Shown here piece by piece: positions 1 through 7,148 of a stretch of DNA of 21,575 nucleotides (positions are counted from its first letter, which is position 1; each line of letters begins with the position of its first letter). The DNA is from an uncultured Motilibacteraceae bacterium (GTDB lineage: Bacteria; Actinomycetota; Actinomycetes; Motilibacterales; Motilibacteraceae): contig CAXSDR010000022.1 of the NCBI GenBank assembly GCA_964236445.1, forward strand, positions 19,919 through 41,493, read 5' to 3'. A program made the translations under genes and the position numbers. Under the pieces are notes generated by a model. That model ran no database searches. It was not told the origin of the DNA and saw nothing but the letters and a program-made list of their open reading frames with translations.

Positions 1-18
1 CGTCGCCAGCGGCTGTCG

Positions 19-1368
19 TCAGGCCGACCGCGCTGATCCGTTCAGCACGTGCGCGGTGACATCGAGGCTCGACGCGGCCGACGAATGCGCCGGTGCGACA
101 AGCGCGGCACGCAGGCTCTCATAGATCGTGAGTCCCTGGCCTACGAGGCCGGCCACGGCCTCGTTCACCCCGTCGGTCCCGTTGAGCACGGTGAGGTGCG
201 AGCCGGCGATGCCCTGTGATGCGGCGTCGACGAGCTGCGGGAGAATGTCGATGAGCTTGTTGGCGGCGATGAGCGCCTGGTTGCCATTGGTCAGCGCGTC
301 GGCGCGCGCCCCGATCGCCTCGGCTTCCGCAGCCGCCATGGCACGCTCGGCATAGGCCCCGGCGTCGGCACGGGCGCGAGCCGCGTCTGCCTCTGCGTCA
401 GCGATTCCCCGGCAGCGGTTGGCATCGGCTTCGACGTGCAACCGGGTGGTGTCACGGTGCGCCTCGGCGAGCGCGCGCTGCTTGAACGCCTCCGCCTCGG
501 TCTGCAGCTTGATGCTGTCGCGGTTCGCCTCGGCAAGCTTGCGCTGCTTGTAGGCCTCGGCGTCTGCCGGTCGGCGGACCTGCGACTCCAGCTGCTTCTC
601 GGTGAGCTGCGCGGTGCGTTCAGCGAGAGCCGTCTGCTGCTCGATGACCTCCTGCGACGCGCGAGCCTGCGCCAGCGGGCCTGCCTGCGCGGCGCGTGCG
701 TTGGCTTCCTGCACCTCTGCAGCGAAACCCGCTTGCTTCAGCTCGGTGTCACGCAGGTATTCCGCACGCAGTGCGGCCGCTTCCTGCTCGCGTTGCGTCG
801 CTTCCTCGTCGGCTTTCGCGGCCGCGATGCGCGCGAGGCTGTTGACGGCGGCTGCGTGCGGAGCTGCGAGATTGGTGATGTAGCCGGACCCGTCCTCGAT
901 CTCCTGGATGAGCATCGAGTCGACGACGATGCCGAGCTTTTCCATCTCGCCGTGGCTGCCGTCCTTCACCTCCTGAGCCAGTCGATCGCGCTCACGGATG
1001 ATCTCCTCGACGGTGAGACTTCCGATGATGCTGCGAAGGTGACCGGCGAAGATGCGTCCGACGAGCTCCTCCATGCGCTCCTGCTCGCTGAGGAAACGCC
1101 GTGCGGCGTTGGCGATCGAGACGTTGTCGTCACCGATCTTGAATGCGGCGACGGCACGGATGCGCAGGCGGATGCCCTGTGTGGTCACGCACTCCTCGGC
1201 GATCTCGCACTCACGCAGCGACAGCGAAAGGATGCGGGCCTTCTGCTTGACCGGCAGCACCCACGTGCCGTGGCCGGTGACGATCCGGAACTGGGTCTGC
1301 TCGCCCTTGCGACGCGAGCCCGAGATGAGCAGGGCTTCGTTGGGCGCAGGCACATGCCAGAACAACAT
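19..1368 (-). CDS. SPFH/band-7 flotillin-family protein (FloT/YqiK-like), ~449 aa
   Basis: The translation has an SPFH core (APNEALLISGS...GHGTWVLPVKQ..ILSLSL). A long Ala/Glu/Gln/Arg-rich coiled-coil flotillin tail follows (EAAALRAEY..AEAYKQRKLAEA..). The N-terminal half aligns with B. subtilis FloT, recalled from memory. The ATG at 1368 (MLFWHV) is preceded by AAGGAAG 4-5 nt upstream. The GTG at 1395 is less likely. The stop is at 19-21. Confidence 0.85.
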   Translation of the reverse strand: MLFWHVPAPNEALLISGSRRKGEQTQFRIVTGHGTWVLPVKQKARILSLSLRECEIAEECVTTQGIRLRIRAVAAFKIGDDNVSIANAARRFLSEQERMEELVGRIFAGHLRSIIGSLTVEEIIRERDRLAQEVKDGSHGEMEKLGIVVDSMLIQEIEDGSGYITNLAAPHAAAVNSLARIAAAKADEEATQREQEAAALRAEYLRDTELKQAGFAAEVQEANARAAQAGPLAQARASQEVIEQQTALAERTAQLTEKQLESQVRRPADAEAYKQRKLAEANRDSIKLQTEAEAFKQRALAEAHRDTTRLHVEADANRCRGIADAEADAARARADAGAYAERAMAAAEAEAIGARADALTNGNQALIAANKLIDILPQLVDAASQGIAGSHLTVLNGTDGVNEAVAGLVGQGLTIYESLRAALVAPAHSSAASSLDVTAHVLNGSARSA

Positions 1369-1388
1369 CTGACTTCCTTCAGGTGACG

Positions 1389-1404
1389 TGTGCACCGTTG
1401 CACA
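1389..1404. promoter_or_regulatory. Second, degenerate CRP-like palindrome TGTGC-N6-GCACA between nfeD and flotillin
   Basis: GTGTGCAccgtTGCACAC, with 7-bp arms and a 4-nt loop, lies 21-36 nt upstream of the flotillin ATG. It could equally be an RNA hairpin in the intercistronic region. Confidence 0.25.
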
Positions 1405-1488
1405 CGATGTCCGCAGGACGCGCAGTCGCGCATCCTGCCAACGCGTCGATCCGTGCCGTTCCGTAGGCGTGCGGCTGGGAAGCCGCAG

Positions 1489-1701
1489 TCAGCCGAACGG
1501 AGTCACCGTGACCGACCGTGCCGACCTGCACTCGATCACGACGACGCGAGAGTGCTTGGGGATCGGCTCGTCCGCGAAGGCCGCAAACGCCTCCGTCCCC
1601 CCGCGTACGGGGAGGACGACTTCACCGGGGCGGGCGGAGGTGACCGGGACGCTGAGATGGCCGATGGTGCCGACCAGCTGCTGATCGATGTCCGCCGACA
1701 T
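1489..1701 (-). CDS. NfeD-like OB-fold domain protein (short form, 70 aa), partner of flotillin
   Basis: The small ORF lies directly upstream of and co-directional with the flotillin gene, a conserved NfeD-flotillin gene order. The beta-rich sequence (VGTIGHLSVPV...GEVVLPVRGGTEAFAAFADEPIPKHSRVVVIECRSARSVTV) is typical of the NfeD C-terminal OB-fold. GGAGG lies 6 nt upstream of the ATG at 1701. Confidence 0.6.
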   Translation of the reverse strand: MSADIDQQLVGTIGHLSVPVTSARPGEVVLPVRGGTEAFAAFADEPIPKHSRVVVIECRSARSVTVTPFG

Positions 1702-1761
1702 GCGGCGCCTCCTGTGCTGCGAAAACCTTCGACGTGGATGCTAGACCCATCACGCCTGGTT

Positions 1762-1777
1762 TGTGAAGGGATTCACA
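1762..1777. promoter_or_regulatory. Perfect CRP/FNR-family binding-site consensus TGTGA-N6-TCACA upstream of nfeD-flotillin operon
   Basis: TGTGAagggatTCACA, embedded in TTGTGAAgggaTTCACAA. It lies 61-76 nt upstream of the nfeD ATG and just downstream of the CDF gene stop. It is the only perfect instance in the window. Confidence 0.45.
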
Positions 1778-1790
1778 AGCGCACCTGCTC

Positions 1791-2783
1791 TCATGCGTGG
1801 GCGTGGTGCTCGTGGGCCGCATGGCTCGCCTGCTCGAACTGGAAGGTCGAGTGCTCGAGGTCGAAATGCCCCGCCAGACACTCCTGCAGCTGGTCCAGCA
1901 AGCGGGGCAGGTGCCCGTCGAGGAAGCACGAGTCGTCGACCACCACGTGAGCGGTCAGCACCGGCAGGTCGGAGGCGACCGCCGAGGCGTGCAGGTCGTG
2001 AACCTCGCGGACGTGCTCGACGTCGAGGATGTGCGCCCGCACCTTCGCCAGGTCGACGCCCTTCGGGGTGCCTTCGAGCAGCACGTCGACGGTCTCACGC
2101 AGCAGATTCCACGTCCGCGGCAGGATCAGCACCCCGATCAGGATCGAGGCGCCCGCATCAGCCCGCAGCCGGCCCGTGGCAGCGATCACCAGCGCGGCGA
2201 CCAGCACGGCGGCCGAGCCGAGGGCGTCGTTGACGACCTCGAGGAACGCCGCCCGGGTGTTCAGGGTGTCGCCTGCCAGCTTGGCCAGCAACAAGATCGA
2301 CACCGAGTTCCCCGCGAGACCCACCAGGCCGAACACCAGCATCGCCGTCGACCCGACCTGCGGAGGCTCGAGCAGCCGCCGGACCCCCTCCACCAGCACG
2401 AACACCCCGACCGCGAGCAGGACCGCGGCTTGCGCTGCAGCAGCGAGGACCTCCGCGCGCCGGTAGCCCCACGTACGTTCGGCCGTTGCCGGGCGGTCGG
2501 CAAGAACCGCCGCAAGCAGCGCCAAGCTCAACCCTGCGACATCGGTGAGCATGTGCCCGGCATCAGCCAGCAACGCCAGCGACCCGGACACGAACGCGCC
2601 GATGACCTCGATCACCAGGATCGTCGAGGAGATCGCCAGCACGATCGACAGCCGCCGCCGGGCGCCAGGGCCCTTCGGCGTGCCGTGGCTGTGCCCACCA
2701 CCCTTGCCAGCGATGCCGGCGCTGCCCGGGTCCTCCCCGTGGCCGTGGTGTGCGTGCCCGTGTGAGGTCGGCGTGGTGCTCAT
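1791..2783 (-). CDS. Cation diffusion facilitator (CDF) family divalent-metal efflux transporter (CzcD/ZitB-like)
   Basis: His-rich N-terminus (HGHAHHGHGEDP...GGHSHG) and His-rich C-terminus (HAAHEHHAHA). About 6 TM helices. The HMLTDVAG motif is in a TM segment. GAGGA lies 12 nt upstream of the ATG at 2783. Confidence 0.85.
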   Translation of the reverse strand: MSTTPTSHGHAHHGHGEDPGSAGIAGKGGGHSHGTPKGPGARRRLSIVLAISSTILVIEVIGAFVSGSLALLADAGHMLTDVAGLSLALLAAVLADRPATAERTWGYRRAEVLAAAAQAAVLLAVGVFVLVEGVRRLLEPPQVGSTAMLVFGLVGLAGNSVSILLLAKLAGDTLNTRAAFLEVVNDALGSAAVLVAALVIAATGRLRADAGASILIGVLILPRTWNLLRETVDVLLEGTPKGVDLAKVRAHILDVEHVREVHDLHASAVASDLPVLTAHVVVDDSCFLDGHLPRLLDQLQECLAGHFDLEHSTFQFEQASHAAHEHHAHA

Positions 2784-3054
2784 GCGGTCAGCGAATCCTC
2801 GGCTGCGGTGAGCACCTCGAGCAGCCCCGGGCGCGAGATCGGGGAGAGCGACCGGCGCCGCGCGTCATGGCCGCCCAGCCCGGATCCACCGGTGTCATCG
2901 CCACCAGTCGATGGTAGCCACGACATCAGCACGGCGGAGGAGGCGGCCGATCCAACGCTCGGCAGGGCATGCGCGTGCGTCGGGTCAGGGGACATCCGAC
3001 GTCCCGTCGCCCGTAGGGTTTCGCCTGCAGGTGTCGGCGTCGGAGAGGCAGCAG

Positions 3055-3780
3055 ATGAGCGCACGGTTCCAGGAGCTCGCCTGGCGGCGTACGCCCATGG
3101 GGGAGATCTCGCTGCGGCGCCGGCGTGACCCGATGCTCGAGGTCGACGTCTACGAGGTCAAGCTCGACGACGACTTCCTGATGTCGAGCCTGTTCACGGT
3201 CGCCGAGGTGGAGCTCGCGAACCTGGGCCTGGCGCAGCTCGTGACCGACGTGCCCACGAGCCTCGATGTCGTCGTCGGTGGGCTGGGACTCGGCTTCACC
3301 GCCCGCGCTGTGCTCTCCGACGCCCGGGTCGCCTCCCTGGTGGTCGTCGAGGCCCTCGGTGACGTCATCGAATGGCACGAGCAGGGGCTGCTGCCGTTCG
3401 CGGGGGAGCTGACGTCGGACTCGCGGTGCCGCCTGCTCGCGGGCGACTTCTTCGCGCTCGTCGCCGCCGGCAACGGTTTCGGTCGCGGTGTGCCTGACCG
3501 GCTCCACGCCATCCTCGTCGACATCGACCACACACCGCGCAACGTGCTGCACCCCAGCCATGCGGGGTTCTACTCCCCGGACGGGCTGCGCGCGGTTGCC
3601 TCGCGACTGCATCCGGGCGGGGTCTTCGCGCTGTGGTCCGACGACCCGCCGGACGAGGACTTCCTGGCGGTGCTGGGCGAGGTCTTCCTCACATCGCACG
3701 CGGCCGTCGTGACGTTCGCCAACCCGTTGACGCACGGGCAGTCCGCAAACACCGTCTATGTCGCCGCCACGTCTGGCTGA
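3055..3780 (+). CDS. Spermidine-synthase-like / class I SAM-MTase-fold protein (polyamine aminopropyltransferase family, catalytic domain only)
   Basis: The translation from ATG 3055 (MSARFQELAWRRTPMGEISLRRR...LEVDVYEV..DD.LMSS) resembles the SpeE N-terminal tetramerisation region. It is followed by a Rossmann segment VVGGLGLGFTARAVL and by ...ILVDIDHTP.. GGAGAGG lies 9 nt upstream. The in-frame 2911 start would add a non-coding-looking Arg-rich leader. Confidence 0.55.
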   Translation: MSARFQELAWRRTPMGEISLRRRRDPMLEVDVYEVKLDDDFLMSSLFTVAEVELANLGLAQLVTDVPTSLDVVVGGLGLGFTARAVLSDARVASLVVVEALGDVIEWHEQGLLPFAGELTSDSRCRLLAGDFFALVAAGNGFGRGVPDRLHAILVDIDHTPRNVLHPSHAGFYSPDGLRAVASRLHPGGVFALWSDDPPDEDFLAVLGEVFLTSHAAVVTFANPLTHGQSANTVYVAATSG

Positions 3781-3928
3781 GCTCACCGACCGCGACGCCC
3801 TCACCCTCGCCGCCAGCGCGGGCCGCACGTGAAGAACAAGGGCCGGTCGCGGGACACCGCCTACGGACTTTTGCCTCGAGCACCGCCCGCGAAGGTGCAA
3901 GATCAGCAGACGAGCGAAGGGGGACGCC

Positions 3929-4804
3929 GTGCAGATCGCGCTGCCGCCGTTGTCTTCGAGCGCGCACGCGGCACGAGCATTCGCCGCCGCGGAGATGTCC
4001 CGGCTCGGCCGCGAGCACCTCGCCGACGATGTCGCCACCGTGGTGTCCGAGCTCGTTGCCAATGCGGTCATGCACGCGCGCACAGAGCTCGTGCTCGACC
4101 TGGCGCCGGCGGGGGAGGGCGTACGCCTGACGGTCACGGACGGGTCGGCAGTGATGCCACGGTTCGTTGGAGCCGACCTCGCGTCGACGAGCGGGCGCGG
4201 TCTGCTGCTCGTCGACCGGATCAGCGCTCGATGGGGTGTGGACCGGATCGCGCCGACCGGCAAGGTCGTGTGGGTCGAGATCGACAAGCCCTTCGAGCCG
4301 GTCGACCTGGAAGACACCGAGGACCTGATCGCCATGTGGGCCGAGAGCTTCGAGGTTCCGGCCTCGTCCTCCGCCCGCACGGTGGTCGTCGACGTGAGCG
4401 TGCCCGACCTGCTCGCGAGCCGGCACGAGACCGACAGCCTGATCCGCGAGCTGCAGCTGCTGCGGCTCAACGCCACGACGCAGGTGACGCTGGCAGCGAG
4501 CTCGCCGCAGGTCGTCGCGTTGGCGCAGCGGCTCGACGAGGCGACGGAGGAGTTCGACGACGCCCGTCGCCAGCTGCTCTCCCAGGCACTCACCGCGGAA
4601 CGGTCCGGCGAGCTGCAGATGACACTCGCCCTTCATCTGGAGCCCTCCGCCGCTCCTGCAGCAGTGCGGTTCCTGCAGGCGCTCGAAGACGCCGACTCGC
4701 TCGTTGCCGACGGCGTGCTGCTCGTGCCGAGGTCGACGGAGGCGACGATGAGGGTCCGCCGGCTCTATGTCCGCGCCATCGTCGAGCAGCTCACGGCCGA
4801 CTGA
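3929..4804 (+). CDS. RsbW-like anti-sigma-factor Ser kinase (HATPase_c) fused to a C-terminal STAS-like (anti-sigma antagonist-like) domain plus ~85-aa tail
   Basis: N-box SELVANAVMHA. G-boxes VTDGS and SGRGLLLVDRIS, as in RsbW/SpoIIAB. Residues ~140-200 (ARTVVVDVSVPDLLASRHETDSLIRELQLLRLNATTQVTLAASSPQVVALAQRLD) follow the STAS pattern, including the DS(x)I position. GTG start at 3929, with GAAGGGGGA upstream. The 3' end overlaps the convergent HK gene by 14 nt. Confidence 0.6.
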   Translation: MQIALPPLSSSAHAARAFAAAEMSRLGREHLADDVATVVSELVANAVMHARTELVLDLAPAGEGVRLTVTDGSAVMPRFVGADLASTSGRGLLLVDRISARWGVDRIAPTGKVVWVEIDKPFEPVDLEDTEDLIAMWAESFEVPASSSARTVVVDVSVPDLLASRHETDSLIRELQLLRLNATTQVTLAASSPQVVALAQRLDEATEEFDDARRQLLSQALTAERSGELQMTLALHLEPSAAPAAVRFLQALEDADSLVADGVLLVPRSTEATMRVRRLYVRAIVEQLTAD

Positions 4805-6152
4805 GCCCGTTGCCGGGGGCGCGGGGAAGGCGTACGACCGCTCGCACTCCCGGCTGGGCGTCCGACAGCGTCACCGTGCCGCCGTAGGCGTGCAACAGGT
4901 CACGCACGATCGCCAGTCCCAGCCCGCTGCCGCCGTCGAGCCCGGTCCGCGCGGCGTCGAGGCGCGTGAAGCGGGTGAAGACGCGTTCGCGGTCGGCGGG
5001 GGCGATGCCCGGCCCGTCGTCGACCACCTCGACCACGGCGTCGCTGTCGTCCCCGCTGACGCGCACGGTCACGGCCGTACGCGCGTGGCGCACCGCGTTG
5101 TCGACGAGGTTGCGCAGGGCGCGGTCGAGACCGTCGTAGTCGGCGTCGACGGCGATCGCCTCGTCGGCGCTCACCGTGACGGGGACGCGGAACGGCGAGC
5201 GACCCGCCAGCGTCCGGGCGAGGGCCGCCAGCTCGACCCGCTGAGCGGCGGCGGCCGGGGCGCGGGTGTCATCGAGCCGCGCGAGCAGGAGCAGGTCCGC
5301 GACGAGGCGCGAGAGCCGTTCGACGTCCTCGAGGACCTCGTCGGCCGTGCCCTCCCAGTCGGCGGCCGAGGGGTGCAGCCGGGCCACCTCGAGCTGCGTG
5401 CGCACCGACGCCAGCGGGCTGCGCAGCTCGTGAGCAGCGTCGGCGACGAACGCGAGCTGCCGCGCGCTCGCCGCTTCGAGCCGTTCGAGCATGCCGTTGA
5501 GCGTCTCCGCGAGGCGACGCAGCTCGTCGCGCGCGGCCGGCACCGGCAGCCGCCCCTGCACCCCCGTGGCCGCGATCTGCTCGGCACCGTCGCGCAGCGC
5601 CGACACCGGGCGCAGCGCCGAGCCAACCAGGAGCCAGCAGGCTGTCGCAAAACCGAGCAGGAGCAGCGGCGCGACGACGAGCACCGCGGTGCGCACGACG
5701 TCGAGCGACGCGTCCACCGCGAGGACCGAGGTGCCCACGAGCACGGTCCGGTCGCCGACGTTCGCACCGACGACGTGCAGGCGGTCGCCCGTGCCCGTAC
5801 GCGCGGCACTGACCTCCACCGTGCCCCCGGCGCGTACGTCAGCAAGGTCTTCGCCCGACACGAGCGGCACGAGATGGTCGCTGCCCGGCGACGCGCTGAC
5901 GACCCGGGCGTCCGCGTCGAGCAGCTGCACCGTCGCCGTGCCCGGGGGCAGCGCGATCACCGTCGCGAGCTGCTCGGTCTCGGCGAGGACAGCGACGTCA
6001 GCAGCGCGGGCGCGCGCGGTGCGGTCGATCGAGGACAGCAGCGACGAGCGCAGGACGTGCACGACGAGCAACGAGCCGAGCACCAGCCCGACCGCCATCA
6101 GCACCGTCGCCACGAGCGTCAGTCGGGTGCGCAGCCCGGTGCGCGTGAGCAA
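4791..6152 (-). CDS. Sensor histidine kinase (HisKA + HATPase_c, two TM helices flanking a periplasmic sensor domain)
   Basis: H-box AHELRSPL, N-box NLVDNAVRHA, G1 DDGPGI, G2 GSGLGLAIV. TM1 is LTLVATVLMAVGLVLGSLLVV. The start is uncertain: the TTG at 6152 sits 2 nt after the RR stop, and the long ORF to 6299 is an artefact overlapping the RR gene. Confidence 0.8.
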   Translation of the reverse strand: MLTRTGLRTRLTLVATVLMAVGLVLGSLLVVHVLRSSLLSSIDRTARARAADVAVLAETEQLATVIALPPGTATVQLLDADARVVSASPGSDHLVPLVSGEDLADVRAGGTVEVSAARTGTGDRLHVVGANVGDRTVLVGTSVLAVDASLDVVRTAVLVVAPLLLLGFATACWLLVGSALRPVSALRDGAEQIAATGVQGRLPVPAARDELRRLAETLNGMLERLEAASARQLAFVADAAHELRSPLASVRTQLEVARLHPSAADWEGTADEVLEDVERLSRLVADLLLLARLDDTRAPAAAAQRVELAALARTLAGRSPFRVPVTVSADEAIAVDADYDGLDRALRNLVDNAVRHARTAVTVRVSGDDSDAVVEVVDDGPGIAPADRERVFTRFTRLDAARTGLDGGSGLGLAIVRDLLHAYGGTVTLSDAQPGVRAVVRLPRAPGNGLSRP

Positions 6153-6154
6153 CG

Positions 6155-6850
6155 TCAGCCCCCGTCGGCCAGCAGGCGGTAGCCGGCACCGCGCACGGTC
6201 TGCAGCGCCGCGCGGGAGAACGGCGCGTCGATCTTGCGGCGCAGATAGCCGACATAGACCTCGACGACGTTCGGGTCGCCTTCGTAGTAGGCGTCCCACA
6301 CATGCTCGAAGATCTCGCTCTTGGACACCACCTCGTCCTTGCGTCGCAGCAGGAACTCGAGCAGCGAGAACTCGCGCGGGGTGAGCGCGATCTCCGTGCT
6401 GCCGCGGCGCACTATCCGGCGTGCCGGATCGAGGGTGAGGTCGCCCGCCTGCAGAACGGCGGGGCGCTGCGGAGACCCCCGGCGCAGCAGGGCGCGCAGG
6501 CGCGCGACAAGCACGACATAGGAGAACGGCTTGGTGAGGTAGTCGTCGGCACCGACATCGAGACCGTCGGCCTGGTCATGCTCCCCGTCCTTCGCCGACA
6601 GCATGAGCACCGGCACCCAGATCCCGGCCGCGCGCAGCTGCTCGCACACGCGGTAGCCGGACAGCCCCGGCAGCATCACGTCGAGGATCAGCGCGTCATA
6701 GCTGCCCTCGCGCGCCAGATGGAGTCCCTCGATGCCGTCATGAGCGAGGTCGACAGCGAAACCCTCGGCCTGCAGTCCACGCTGCAGGGCCTTGGCGAGC
6801 CGCACCTCATCCTCGACAACGAGCAGTCGCACGGAGCCAGCCTGCCTCAT
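6155..6850 (-). CDS. OmpR-family two-component response regulator
   Basis: The receiver domain has LLVVEDE, an LILDVMLPG phospho-Asp region and LTKP. The winged-helix C-terminus has LTPREFSLLEFLL and RGAGYRL. ATG at 6850 (MRQAGSVRLLVVEDE). The gene is upstream of, and likely co-transcribed with, the kinase. Confidence 0.85.
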   Translation of the reverse strand: MRQAGSVRLLVVEDEVRLAKALQRGLQAEGFAVDLAHDGIEGLHLAREGSYDALILDVMLPGLSGYRVCEQLRAAGIWVPVLMLSAKDGEHDQADGLDVGADDYLTKPFSYVVLVARLRALLRRGSPQRPAVLQAGDLTLDPARRIVRRGSTEIALTPREFSLLEFLLRRKDEVVSKSEIFEHVWDAYYEGDPNVVEVYVGYLRRKIDAPFSRAALQTVRGAGYRLLADGG

Positions 6851-6936
6851 CGCGGCTATGGATCGTCGCAAGGTCGTCGTCGGCACGCAAGCGCCGGACC
6901 TGGACTGGAAGCCACCGCGGTCAAGAATATCTAGTT

Positions 6937-6964
6937 TGTCTATCGGGTTGGTAGGTGATAGACA
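6937..6964. promoter_or_regulatory. Operator-like inverted repeat TGTCTATC-N12-GATAGACA in the 300-bp leader upstream of the sulfonate/taurine operon
   Basis: Perfect 8-bp arms in the only AT-richer stretch of the RR/tauC divergent intergenic region (tcaagaatatctagTTTGTCTATCgggttggtaggtGATAGACAg). Confidence 0.4.
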
Positions 6965-7148
6965 GTGCGCATGCACACGTCGCCCGCCACCTCTGGCCGC
7001 CTACGCGCGGCTCGGCGAGCCTCCGACCCCCGATGTCGTCGACCCTGACAGTGCCCGCAGCCGGCTGAGCGAACCGCCGCCGTCGCTGCACCACCCACCC
7101 CACCGCGAGCTCCAGTCGGGGCTTTCGGTCTGCTCCTGCGGAGAAAAT

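Noticed and set aside
436-1386. 316-aa plus-strand ORF
   Set aside because: Antisense of the flotillin gene. Leu/Arg-rich low-complexity translation with no motifs.
1797-2765. 322-aa plus-strand ORF
   Set aside because: Antisense of the CDF transporter gene. Arg/Gln/Asp-rich junk translation.
2926-4636. 555-aa and 315-aa minus-strand ORFs
   Set aside because: Antisense frames of the SpeE-like and RsbW-STAS genes. Ser/Arg-rich, with no domain signatures.
4767-6182. 471-aa plus-strand ORF
   Set aside because: Antisense of the histidine kinase gene. Arg/Asp/His-rich low complexity.
6792-7148. In-frame upstream extension of tauC back to 6792 (414-aa ORF)
   Set aside because: The extension crosses the RR start region and the AT-rich palindrome segment, which has low GC3. 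No start codon exists between 6860 and 7149 in frame, so the permease starts at 7149/7161.
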